A stretch of 64,000 nt of DNA, from IMG/VR virus record IMGVR_UViG_3300037485_002668, positions 1-64,000 of that record; one strand, 5' to 3'. Positions 35,540-45,900 of this stretch are shown here, piece after piece. The stretch's first letter is position 1. Each line of letters opens with the position of its first letter. Made by a program: the position numbers and the translations under genes. The notes below the pieces were generated by a model that saw only the letters and a list, made by a program, of their open reading frames with translations, was not told where the DNA came from and did no database searches. This DNA comes from a virus.

Positions 35540-35971
35540 TTATTGCCTTTCAATTACAAGTCCATACACAAAAGCTGGCGGGGGTGCGGGATTGGTATTT
35601 CTTTTAATAAAGTCTTCAATTTCGGCGGGTTGGTCGGAATAGACGGTCACGCGGCCATAGTGTATACCCCGTTCGGTAACGGGTTTATTTTCGAGCGTCC
35701 AGTAAACCATATAATTATCATAAGCGGTATATTCTGATTTACGATTGGGGTCATAAGCCCCTACCGCAGCCGCCGATAAAACAGGCGGTTTACCGTATAT
35801 GACAGGGGGTCTTAAATCGAAATTGTGCGTGGCAATATCTTCGTAAACATGCCAGGTGCAATTGGATTCTAATTTTAATTCCCAGGTATCAGAGTCCGGG
35901 GCAGACTTTTGGTAAAGATAAAAATGAACGCCGCCGGTACAGTCGATACATTTTAGAAGTTTTTGAGTCAT
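35540..35971 (-). CDS. hypothetical protein with C-terminal PAPPPAFVYGLVI strand
   Basis: ORF; start MTQKLL. Confidence 0.55.
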   Translation of the reverse strand: MTQKLLKCIDCTGGVHFYLYQKSAPDSDTWELKLESNCTWHVYEDIATHNFDLRPPVIYGKPPVLSAAAVGAYDPNRKSEYTAYDNYMVYWTLENKPVTERGIHYGRVTVYSDQPAEIEDFIKRNTNPAPPPAFVYGLVIERQ

Positions 35972-36025
35972 GACCTTGGCCTCACAGTCATCCCTCCCCA
36001 CGGGCAAGCCGTGTGGTGATGGGGG

Positions 36026-37216
36026 TTACCAGACGTTTTCTTCGTCCCATTGCCAGCCACCGGTGAGGGCGGAAACTTTTACACGATTGGTGTCGCCGAA
36101 CTGACGTTCAATTCTCCAGATTAGGGCTTTCGTAAAAGGTATCTGAGGATTGCCAGTTTCGATGGTACAGGTATCACCGATGTCGGACATGAGATCAACT
36201 AATTCACATTCAAATTCCAGCAGGACCAGACCGTTTTTGTAAATCGAATAGGCACGCTTGGCGGTCTTGAGCGCCTGGCTGGAAGAAACGGATTGCGTAA
36301 ATTCATCGCCGCCCATACACCAAAAGCTGCGGGCATCGCCGTCAATATCATCAAAAAATGCCAGGTATGGGTCGGCAGTCAGGTCAGCGCCCGCGGCATA
36401 AATATCGGAACTGGTATCCAGGCAATGCAAATCTTCACTGCCGCCAACGATACTGACCAGATTGTTGTTGACACTTTTGCTATGCAACGAATGCAAGCCA
36501 GGGGCGGTCGCATCCGATGAACAATTACAATCAGACTCAGAACTGAAAGTTCCGTCAAAATCATTATTATCCGAATCAAAGACAGCGTTATTTTTGGCAA
36601 TCACCGTGCCGGTATTCGCGCCATTTACACGGATACCGTAACTGTTCAGGTAGACGGTATTGTTGTAAATATAGGCGGTGTGACAATCTTCGATATTCAC
36701 ACCAGCTCCGTTATGATTATAAATAAAATTATTGTAAAGGCGAACATTGGCATCCGCATGGTCAATCCAAATGCCGTGACAGGTATCCACCCGGTCGCCA
36801 TAAAATAAATTATACGCGATTAGAACTTCGGAAGCGGCGCCTGAATTTTCCCACCAGATACTATAGTGACTGGCGTCCACATCGGTCGAATCAAATGCAA
36901 TGCCTTCAATGCGGCAATAGTTGGTGAAATTTTTAATCGTATAACCGTTGATGCCGGTGTAATTAATCGTGAACCCTGTGCCCGCGGTACCCGTGTGGCG
37001 CTCAGCCGTGGGGGTATAGACGCGGGGGTAACGGGTAGCATCCACGACCCATCCGTTCATCATAAACGATTCATTCAGCACCGAATCGTTATAACAAGCG
37101 GCCTGCTCAATCGTATCGGCGGCAACCAGGTCGCCGTTTTTAGCCGCTTCCCAGAGAGTCAGCGTGGCGTAATTGCGGCCGGCGGAACCAACCGTGCTGG
37201 TATTGACCGTGGGCAT
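36026..37216 (-). CDS. beta-helix tail protein with a hub-like C-terminal segment
   Basis: IAYNLFY/LYNNFIY/IYNNTVY/AKNNAV repeats; paralogous to the middle of 28870..31095. Confidence 0.7.
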   Translation of the reverse strand: MPTVNTSTVGSAGRNYATLTLWEAAKNGDLVAADTIEQAACYNDSVLNESFMMNGWVVDATRYPRVYTPTAERHTGTAGTGFTINYTGINGYTIKNFTNYCRIEGIAFDSTDVDASHYSIWWENSGAASEVLIAYNLFYGDRVDTCHGIWIDHADANVRLYNNFIYNHNGAGVNIEDCHTAYIYNNTVYLNSYGIRVNGANTGTVIAKNNAVFDSDNNDFDGTFSSESDCNCSSDATAPGLHSLHSKSVNNNLVSIVGGSEDLHCLDTSSDIYAAGADLTADPYLAFFDDIDGDARSFWCMGGDEFTQSVSSSQALKTAKRAYSIYKNGLVLLEFECELVDLMSDIGDTCTIETGNPQIPFTKALIWRIERQFGDTNRVKVSALTGGWQWDEENVW

Positions 37217-37953
37217 TAGGGCTTCTCCGTGACAATATTTTTCCGCAAGGGGACGTCAAAGCGGGGCGGCATCGAAACCCGTTGATCCTCAATGACTTCC
37301 TGGAAACGGGTGGTATTGGAAAATTTATAATCGGCCTGAATGCGGGTAATCAGGCTTTTGAAAGCTTGCGAATCCGTGGCGGAAGTGGCCAGGTTTTGCA
37401 AGGTACGATTCGTGTTCAAATGCTGGCGGTAATTTATTTTAAACTTGCGGTGTTTGGCGGCGTGGGGTTGACGCAAGGCTTTAATTTCTTTTTCATCAGC
37501 GAATTCAGCATCGGGAATATACAAGACCAAAAATTCCCGCAAGTCATTTTTACCATGGGATTTGGATTTTAAAAAATGGCGGGTCGGGTCCAGGTCGCTA
37601 AAGATTCGCAGCGCGCCGAAATGTGTTAATAAGTCGGGTTTCACTTTTTCCAAATCCAGGGGGGCGCGCCAGCGGTCAATGGGGCGGTAATGCGGGAGCG
37701 CGGGCATGTGGCGAAAGGGGACGGCGGGGCGCGGCACCAGGTGGTAGGTTTTGTCGATTTCGTAAAAGTAAAAGCGCTGGCAATATTTATCGAACAGGGC
37801 GGGGACGAAGGGGATTTCCAGCGCGGGCGGGGTGGTGCCGCGGATTAGCATGTGCGCCCAATCGCGAAGGATATCTGTGTCGGAATAGACTTCGAGAATA
37901 TCGCCGTCATCGTAGACGGGGGAGTCGGAAATTTTCAGGACTAGTTCGGCCAT
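37216..37953 (-). CDS. hypothetical tail-associated protein
   Basis: N-terminus ELVLKI...YDDGDILEV resembles the N-terminus of 28870..31095 (QLLIKI...WRDGQIIDI). Confidence 0.6.
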   Translation of the reverse strand: MAELVLKISDSPVYDDGDILEVYSDTDILRDWAHMLIRGTTPPALEIPFVPALFDKYCQRFYFYEIDKTYHLVPRPAVPFRHMPALPHYRPIDRWRAPLDLEKVKPDLLTHFGALRIFSDLDPTRHFLKSKSHGKNDLREFLVLYIPDAEFADEKEIKALRQPHAAKHRKFKINYRQHLNTNRTLQNLATSATDSQAFKSLITRIQADYKFSNTTRFQEVIEDQRVSMPPRFDVPLRKNIVTEKP

Positions 37954-38040
37954 GGCTGTCAATCATCCTTCCACCCAGACAAGCTGGGTGGTGGGTTTTG
38001 CTGTCAATCATAATTCCCCACGGGCAAGCCGTGGGGTGGG

Positions 38041-39522
38041 TTAGTTGTTGATGCCGGGGCAAAAAAGGGTTTGGGATTTCTTTTTGCCGTACAGCTTGTA
38101 ACTGGCGTTGGTTATGTCCGTTAGCGGCCAGGTCTTGACGGCGGCGTGTTCACGGGTGACATAATCGAACGCATATTCTACAATAAATTCGTTAATAAAC
38201 TGGTCGTGGCCTACCAGCGGGTTGGTGATCACCGTGGGCGTCAGGGCGGCCAGACCAAAGTCCGGGTGAAACAATAACAGGCGCAACTTACCGCTTAACA
38301 TTTGACCCATCTGCGCCAGGGAGTGAGGCAACACGACCAGCAACGCTTGCATAATCGTATGCGGCTCATCAAAAGACAACGTAATCGTATTCGTTTTATC
38401 GGTATGGTACGCTTCATTGAATGAATAGTCCAGGGTGGTTTCATCGGTGACGCCGGTGCCGCCGACATCGATATAATCATCGGCCAGGCCGGCGTAATCG
38501 CTGAGCAGTTCGTAAATAATTTCGGCGACGGTCTTGGCTTCGAAATTAGCCGAAACCCGAAACGTCAGCACATCCCCTTCGGTGGGGGAATTCCAATCGG
38601 CGGCGGCGATTTTAATTTGCGAATCCGTGGCATCGGTCACATCATAAAAATCGGCCAGAGTGGAACCGTTATTGGAATAATCGTTGGGGCCTGTAATTTG
38701 GAACGTAGAACCGCCTGCGCCCAGGGTGATCGTCCATTCGCCTACGTACGCGCCCGTATAGACCGTGACTGCGTCCAGCGAAGACAGCGCGCCATCGTTC
38801 CACGTGAAACTGGTGACCAGGTGACCAGAGTTACTGGCGCGTAGCGTGGGCGTGGGACTGCTGGCGTAAATGCGCACGGGCTTATCGAAAAATTGCGATA
38901 GCAGATTATCCACCCGCAGCACCGCTTCCTGGCCTGTCCAGACAAACGGTTCGCGTACCAGACCTTTAAACACCGTGAGGGAATTGGCGTTACCGTCCAG
39001 GCGGAGATTCACCTGCACTAAATTGTTGGTAATGGGAAGCGTGGCCACCATGGAACCCGTGGCATACGTGGCACCCAGCGCGCCCACCCAGCCGATTTGA
39101 TTGGCGCTGGCGGACGTTAACGTAAACGATTCCAGATTGTCGCCGTCCGTAATGGTGACTACATCGCCAATGGCAAACGTACCCAGGCCGGCGTTTAAGT
39201 CCATGGGGTTATTGGTACTGGCCTCGGCGGTAATGCGTTGAATGCGTTTGAACTTCGCGCCTGAGCGACCGGTGAAACTGGCGTAATATTCATTCGGGTC
39301 GGAAAAGACAATTTCAATATCCTGGAGAATAACTTCACCGCTGAAGGCGGGGTCAATTTCAATTTCGCCCGAAATTTGCGAAATGGTACGCACGCCTTTG
39401 ACGCCGTTCAAAGTGATATTTTCACCATCGGGATCTAAAATCACTTCCAGGTAAGGCTTGGCCCCGGCGGGGTTTTCCAACAACGTTTGCCAGCCGACGG
39501 GCAGGGAAGTTTTTGCGGGCAT
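38041..39522 (-). CDS. baseplate hub / tail-tip protein
   Basis: Second gene after the tape measure gene; beta-rich; VFKGLV, AEIIYELL, INEFIVEY, S..LYG motifs. Confidence 0.65.
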   Translation of the reverse strand: MPAKTSLPVGWQTLLENPAGAKPYLEVILDPDGENITLNGVKGVRTISQISGEIEIDPAFSGEVILQDIEIVFSDPNEYYASFTGRSGAKFKRIQRITAEASTNNPMDLNAGLGTFAIGDVVTITDGDNLESFTLTSASANQIGWVGALGATYATGSMVATLPITNNLVQVNLRLDGNANSLTVFKGLVREPFVWTGQEAVLRVDNLLSQFFDKPVRIYASSPTPTLRASNSGHLVTSFTWNDGALSSLDAVTVYTGAYVGEWTITLGAGGSTFQITGPNDYSNNGSTLADFYDVTDATDSQIKIAAADWNSPTEGDVLTFRVSANFEAKTVAEIIYELLSDYAGLADDYIDVGGTGVTDETTLDYSFNEAYHTDKTNTITLSFDEPHTIMQALLVVLPHSLAQMGQMLSGKLRLLLFHPDFGLAALTPTVITNPLVGHDQFINEFIVEYAFDYVTREHAAVKTWPLTDITNASYKLYGKKKSQTLFCPGINN

Positions 39523-39944
39523 TACGCAACCCTCCCGAAAAAATGCAACTGCGTTTCGTACCGGGCGGCGCGGCGGCCATAGGTGATAATTTCCATATAG
39601 TTCGGGTCGAGAATCATATCCATGTACGTGCCGGCGACCTCCAGGTAACGGTAATAGACGCGGACTTTATAATTGTTCGCAATGACGGCGCGGACTTTTG
39701 TTAAAGTGGACAGATATTCGTGAAAAATATCCAAGTCCAAGCGCCAATGTTCACGGTTACTGGCGGCGGCGGAAACCTTAGTGGGGTCATAAAGCGTGGG
39801 GTAAGCGTCATTCGTTTCAAGCGTGAACAGATTATTGACCGTATAAATCTGGGCGGCGTTAATTTCCATTTCGTCAAAATCGTAGGCGGTACCCCAGGCG
39901 GCGCCGTTATAAAGTTGAATGCGGGTAACGTTGACGGCAGGCAT
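39522..39944 (-). CDS. distal tail (Dit-like) protein
   Basis: Directly after the tape measure gene; 140 aa; beta-rich. Confidence 0.55.
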   Translation of the reverse strand: MPAVNVTRIQLYNGAAWGTAYDFDEMEINAAQIYTVNNLFTLETNDAYPTLYDPTKVSAAASNREHWRLDLDIFHEYLSTLTKVRAVIANNYKVRVYYRYLEVAGTYMDMILDPNYMEIITYGRRAARYETQLHFFGRVA

Positions 39945-42900
39945 TATGACCTCCCGAAACTGGTGACAGTGGTAATATTTTTCGAGCGGTCACGATACCA
40001 GCGTTCGGATTTCTTTTTGAACTCCACCCAGGCACTCGGGTCGCCGCTGTGAACGATCACATCGAAATTCAGGTCCACGTTGGACGTGGCGGGTTTGGCG
40101 TTCGGGAAAACGTTGGGGTCGCCCGTGGAAATGAACTGACGCCAGTTGGGTTCGGGGTATTTGGAAACCACGCCTTCAGGGATTACGACTTCGTTGCGTT
40201 TTAGTTTGGCGATAACTTCATCGGCGGCGATAAGGCCGGTGTGGGCGGTGACATCGTAGCCGAAACCGCCGGTATGGAGTGGGGGCGGGGTTGGCGGTGG
40301 CGTACCGTTATTGGCGGCGGCCAACCACTCCATTAATGCCTGAAGTTGAGCGTAAGCCTTAGTTAAATCCAGGTCAATTTCAATTTTCTTTTGATTATAT
40401 GTATCAATTAAAGTATTTAAATCATCTTCAAGCTTTTTTAATTGATTCTCAAATTCAGTAATTTCTAAATCGATTTCAAGTTGTTTGTTGTTATAAGTGG
40501 TATATAGTTCGTCTAACTTTTTCTTGAGTGCTTCGATTTGGTCTATCGCTTCTTGTTTAACAGCATCTTTGGCCGCGTTTTCATCCAGGACACCGCCAGC
40601 ATCGGTAAATTTTTTCTTTAATTCCTCAAGTTGCGCCGCCATGTCTTTATACGCCTGGCTGTTTGGATCGAGCGTAGCCAGAAAGTCTTGCATTCTGAAA
40701 ATCATGGCGTTAATTTGTTCGTCTGCGCCAGTGGTATTGAAATCGATTTTAAAATAAGTCAGTTTATCAAGCGCCTTAGTGGCAGTATCAAAATCGGTAG
40801 AAAATTGGTCGTAATCGGCAAAAAGCGTATCCAGCATTTCACCCCAGTTAATTACCAATGCGTGCGTTTGGCCTGAGATACCTTCGAGCAACTTTTGAAT
40901 TTCATATAGATTAGGCGGTGTATTACTTCCCATCCGTGCTAAAATTTCATTTAATGATTTTACATTAGAAGTTATTTTTGCACGGTCAATTTCAAACGCA
41001 TGTGTCAGTAAACTTTTTTCTTTTAATTTATCAGTAATGCTTTTTTGAATATCCATAATTTGAAATTCAATTTTTTCACGATTGGCATTGAATTCTACCT
41101 CAAGACTAATTTTCTCTTTTTCTAAATCCGCTATGGTTTTATTCAAATCAGTAATGGCAGCCTCTACTTTATTTTTTAAATCAGCGGCCATTGAATTTAA
41201 TTGTAGATTGTTTGCGATTAGCCACTCGTTTAGCGTTCCCTGATAACCGTTCATGACGGCTAAAGCGTACTGAGCTTTGTAAATGTTATCGGTCAGGTCT
41301 TTGTACGCTTGCGACTGGGGATCGAGGGTTGCCAAAAGTGCTTGATTGTCAGCAATTGCCGCTTGCAAATCCGCAGTCATTTGTGGAAATTGAATATTTC
41401 CATAATAATTTTTCAATTCCAAAGCTTTTTCCGCTAACGACCCGAGTCCCGTAATTTGCGATGTAACAGCATCCGCCAACTCCGTAGTTAAACCACCGGT
41501 CGCGGCAGTTGCAGCAAGTAATTGTTCTACCAGAGTTTGTAAAGGTTCGGCTGCATTATTTAGTGCTAAATTGTTTTCCAACAACCATTCGTTCAAAGTC
41601 CCCTGGTAACCGTTTAAAACCGCCACAGCGTATTGCGCCTGCATAATCGCATCCGCCATGTCTCTATATGCTTGTGACTGTGGATCCAATGTAGCCAGTA
41701 AGGCTTGATTTTGCTGGATGGTGTTCAACAAATCGGTTTCGATAGTCATGTTCGGCATTTCGCCAAAATATTTTTTCAGACGAATTGCCTCTTCCGCCAT
41801 ACTGGTTAAGCCAGTCAGCGAGGAATCAAAAGCCGCGCCTAATTCAGCGGTAATCCCGGTGGTCGATTCAACAGCGGCTTTAAATTGATCCGCTAACGTT
41901 TCTATCTGGGCAGCCTGATTATTCAGGTGTAAATTATTATTTAAAAGCCACTGATTGAAATCACCCTGGAATCCGTTCATAACTGCCAGGGCGTATTGTG
42001 CCTTATAAATATTGTCAGCTAAATCGCGATAAGCTTGTGACTGTGGGTCCAGCGTAGCAAGTAACGCCTGGTTGTTTGCGATTGCGGCTTCCAAATCTGC
42101 TGTCATTTGTGGAAACTTAATATTCCCGTAGTAATTTTTAAGCTCTAAAGCTTTGTCGGCTAATGATCCAAGCCCGGTGATTTGAGAAGTAACCGCATCT
42201 GCCAGTTCAGCGGTCAATCCACCAGTGGCTGCAGTAGCCGCCAGTAGCTGGTCAATCAAAGTTTGAAGTGGTTCTGCTGCATTGTTAAGCGCCAGGTTGT
42301 TTGCTATTAACCATTCGTTCAGCGTGCCTTGAAATCCATTCATGACGGCTAAAGCATATTGCGCTTTATAAATATTATCAGATAGGTCTTTATATGCCTG
42401 AGAAGTTGGATCTAACGTAGCTAAAAGTGCTTGGTTGTTGGCAATAGCCGCCTCCAGGTCTGCGGTCATTTGTGGAAATTCGATGTCGCCAAAATATTTT
42501 TTCATTTCCAGTGCACGATCAGCCAGGTCACCAAGACCTTTCACTGTGTCTTTAAACTGATTCCCTAACTCTTCAGTCAAACCAATCCCGAGCTGGAAAG
42601 CATCCACAAATTGTTCCTGGAAAGTTTGGACAGCGGCAGTCGTGTTGTTTAATGTAATATTGTGGAGTCGCAAGTATTCGTCTATACTGGCAACTTCACC
42701 ACGTGCCACAGCCAGTGCGGCCTGGGCTTTCCAGATTTCATCTTGTAAATCACGGTACGCCTGAGACGTGGGATTCAAAGTTCCCAGTAAAGCTTGGTTG
42801 TCCGCGATAGCTTGCGCTAAAGCTTGTTCCATTTCGCCAGTCGGCATGTTAAAATATTCTTTTACCCTTAACAATTCGTCTGCCAAAGAACCTAATCCCT

Positions 42901-45900
42901 GACGACTGGAATCGAAAGCGCTGGAAAGTTCGGAAGTCAAACCAGTTATGTCAATCGATTCCAAAAAATTGGCGGCTAGTTCATGTAACGCTGCGAAGGT
43001 AGCTTCCGCCCCGTTAGCCATGGCATCTAAAACTGTTTTGGTAGTGCTTAGTGTGATATTATATTTTGTGAAATATTCGTCTATGGAACCTACTTCACCA
43101 CGCAATACAGCTAATGCCGCTTCCGATTTCCAAATGCTATCTTGAAGTTCACGATATGCCACTGAAGTTGGATCAAGCGTAGCCAGCAATCCTTTGTTGT
43201 CAATGATCGCTGCTTGCAAGTCACGTTCCATGCTGGGAAATTTTATATCACCAAATTTCGCTCGCAACTGAACGGCGTTATCGGCTAAATCTGTCATCCC
43301 CTTTTGTGACTTTTCGAAGGCACTCAGCCAATCACCTGAAAGTAATTTGCGCCCGGCTTTTTCAAATTCTTCCCCCATCTTCTCAGCATCCTGTGCAATC
43401 TTTTGTTTCTGCATCCCCTCATTTAATTCCGCTAATTTGGCGGTTACCCAAACCAGTGCATCGCCAGAAAGCACCCCACTGTCACGTAATGCTTCTAATC
43501 CGGAGATTTGTTCCCGTAATGGCGCGCTTGAATCTAAAAGTTTCCCGTACAGACCATCCAGTTTATCCATTACTTGCTGGTATTCATAAGATCCGGCTTG
43601 CAATTTAGGTAATAGTTCGGAATAGGCGTTGATTTGTTCCATTACGCCATCGGTTGTTTCAATGCCCAACTCAGAAAGTTTTTTCAAAAGTTCCTGGTGT
43701 TCGGTAAGTTGAACATTCGATTGACTTAGCTTTTCACGTAATTGGTCAATCGCCATCATGACATTTTCATATTCAATCGAATCTTTACTAAGATTCGCGG
43801 CCACGCCTTCCAGCATCTTGATTTGATCCGCTAAAGGCGTATCCGATGCCGTCAACTTCTGAATAAGACTATTAATATTTTCGGTTGCAACCTGATATTC
43901 AGCGGAACCGATTTGCATGGTAGTCGCTAAGGCGTACCACTGTTTTATCTGTTCGTCAATTGGTGCATTTGAATCGACCAACTTACTAAGCGCCTGGCCA
44001 ATTTTATCATAAAGTTGACGGTATTCGTAAGAATTTACATCCAATTGAGCGGCCAGTAACGTCCAACTTTGAACTTGTTTTAATACCGATGCCTGGGTTT
44101 CAACGCCTGCCGCATCCATTGCTTCGTTAAATTTTTCCTGAGCGGATTTTGCTTTTTCTATTACCTCGCCGGTATTATTTAGCTGTAAATTATTCGCCAA
44201 TAGCCAGGAATTGAATTCACCCTGATAGCCATTCATGACCGCCAGGGCATATTGAGCTTTGAAGATATTATCAGCTAAATCTTTATACGCTTGAGATGCC
44301 GGATCTAAAGTAGCCAAAACAGCTTGATTGCCCGCAATCGCAGCTTCTAAGTCAGCCGTCATTTGTGGAAATTTTATATCACCATAATAGTTTTTCATTT
44401 CGATGGCTTTGTCCGCCAGAGAACCCAGGTCGGTTATTTGAGATTTGACGGCATCGGCTAAGGCGGTGGTAAGGCCACCTAATTTTTCAATTGATTCCTG
44501 AATACTATCGGCAAAAGTCTTTTGACCTTCAGTGGCACGTTCGGATGCATAGTTAGCCGCTAACATTTCATCACCCGTACCTTCGACCCGAATCGCTAAA
44601 TTTTCAAACCATTGTTCCGTACTGGAAACTTCACCCCGTAAGACTGCCATCGTTGCCTGCGCTTCCCAAACCTGGATAGTCATTTTTTTGTAAGCATCGG
44701 AAGTTGGGTCCATGGTTGCAAGCAAGCGTAAATTCCCCTGCACGTTTTCATTTATTAAATCAGCCAGTCCCTTTTGACCCCAATCGGCCTTGCCGAATTG
44801 TTCCTGATTCTTTGCCGCAACGTCAATTAAATATTGCAAGTCTTCAGTGGCTTTGGTAAAACTATTATCAAAAGTAAAGGCGCGGGTTAACCGTTCCAAT
44901 TCAGCCGTGTTGTTCTTTAGTTTATCGGTAAATTCTTTTTGGATTTTTTCGCCTAAATCTTTAAAGCCTTCACCCATGTTTTTCATGTTTGCGCCAATGG
45001 TAACCATTACTAAAAAGGCTTGATTGGTATTGTTCAGACTGGTCAATAGTTTTGATTCAAAATCATTGGCAAGGTTATTTACTAATTCGTCAAGGGTTGT
45101 AATTTGCGTACCTAAATCACCCAGGCTGTCTTTCATATCATTGACAGTAATTCCGGTTTTTTCGGCGGAACCGCCTAACACATCCATCAATAATGACGCG
45201 GCTTGCAATCCCAAAGAAACAGGATCAAGGCCGCCTTTTAAAAAGCCAGTTACTGTACTTGTTAATAAATCGACCGCCTTAGAACCCGTATCACCTAAGC
45301 CTAAAAACTTTTTCGCAACGTCACCGATTTGACCGGCGTATTCAGTCCAGTCTTTTGCGCCTTTCTCCGATTTTTGTGAAAGTCCCTCTACCTGTTCCTG
45401 GCTAATCCCCGCCTGAGCGACAAAAGCCTCCCAGCCTTTGGTATCGCCAATTTTTTCGTAAAGCGATTTGATATTACCTAAAAGTTGTTTTTCACCATAG
45501 GCATCGCCCAACTCTTTGGCAACGGGTATCAACGCCGCCTGATTTGCAATCTGTTCGCGAACGGAAGAGGTTAATTCGATACCGGCATCGGTTAACATTT
45601 GAAGCCCAGTCTTTTGAGCATCGATAGCACTATTTGACCGATCCATCTCTTCCATTAAGGAAACGATTCGATCCTCGACCATCTGATAACCAGTGGAGCC
45701 CTCCACCAATTTAGAACGAACGTCTTGTAATTGGGAAATTTGTTTTTCAATAGGTGCATTGGTATCAACAACCTTATCAATAGTTTCTTTTATTTTTTTG
45801 GTTAACTGGTCGTAATAGCCTGAACCCTTTTCAACCTGATCTGATAAGGCTGAAAATTTATCGATTTGTTTCGTATTGTTTTCTAATAGGTCAACACCTG

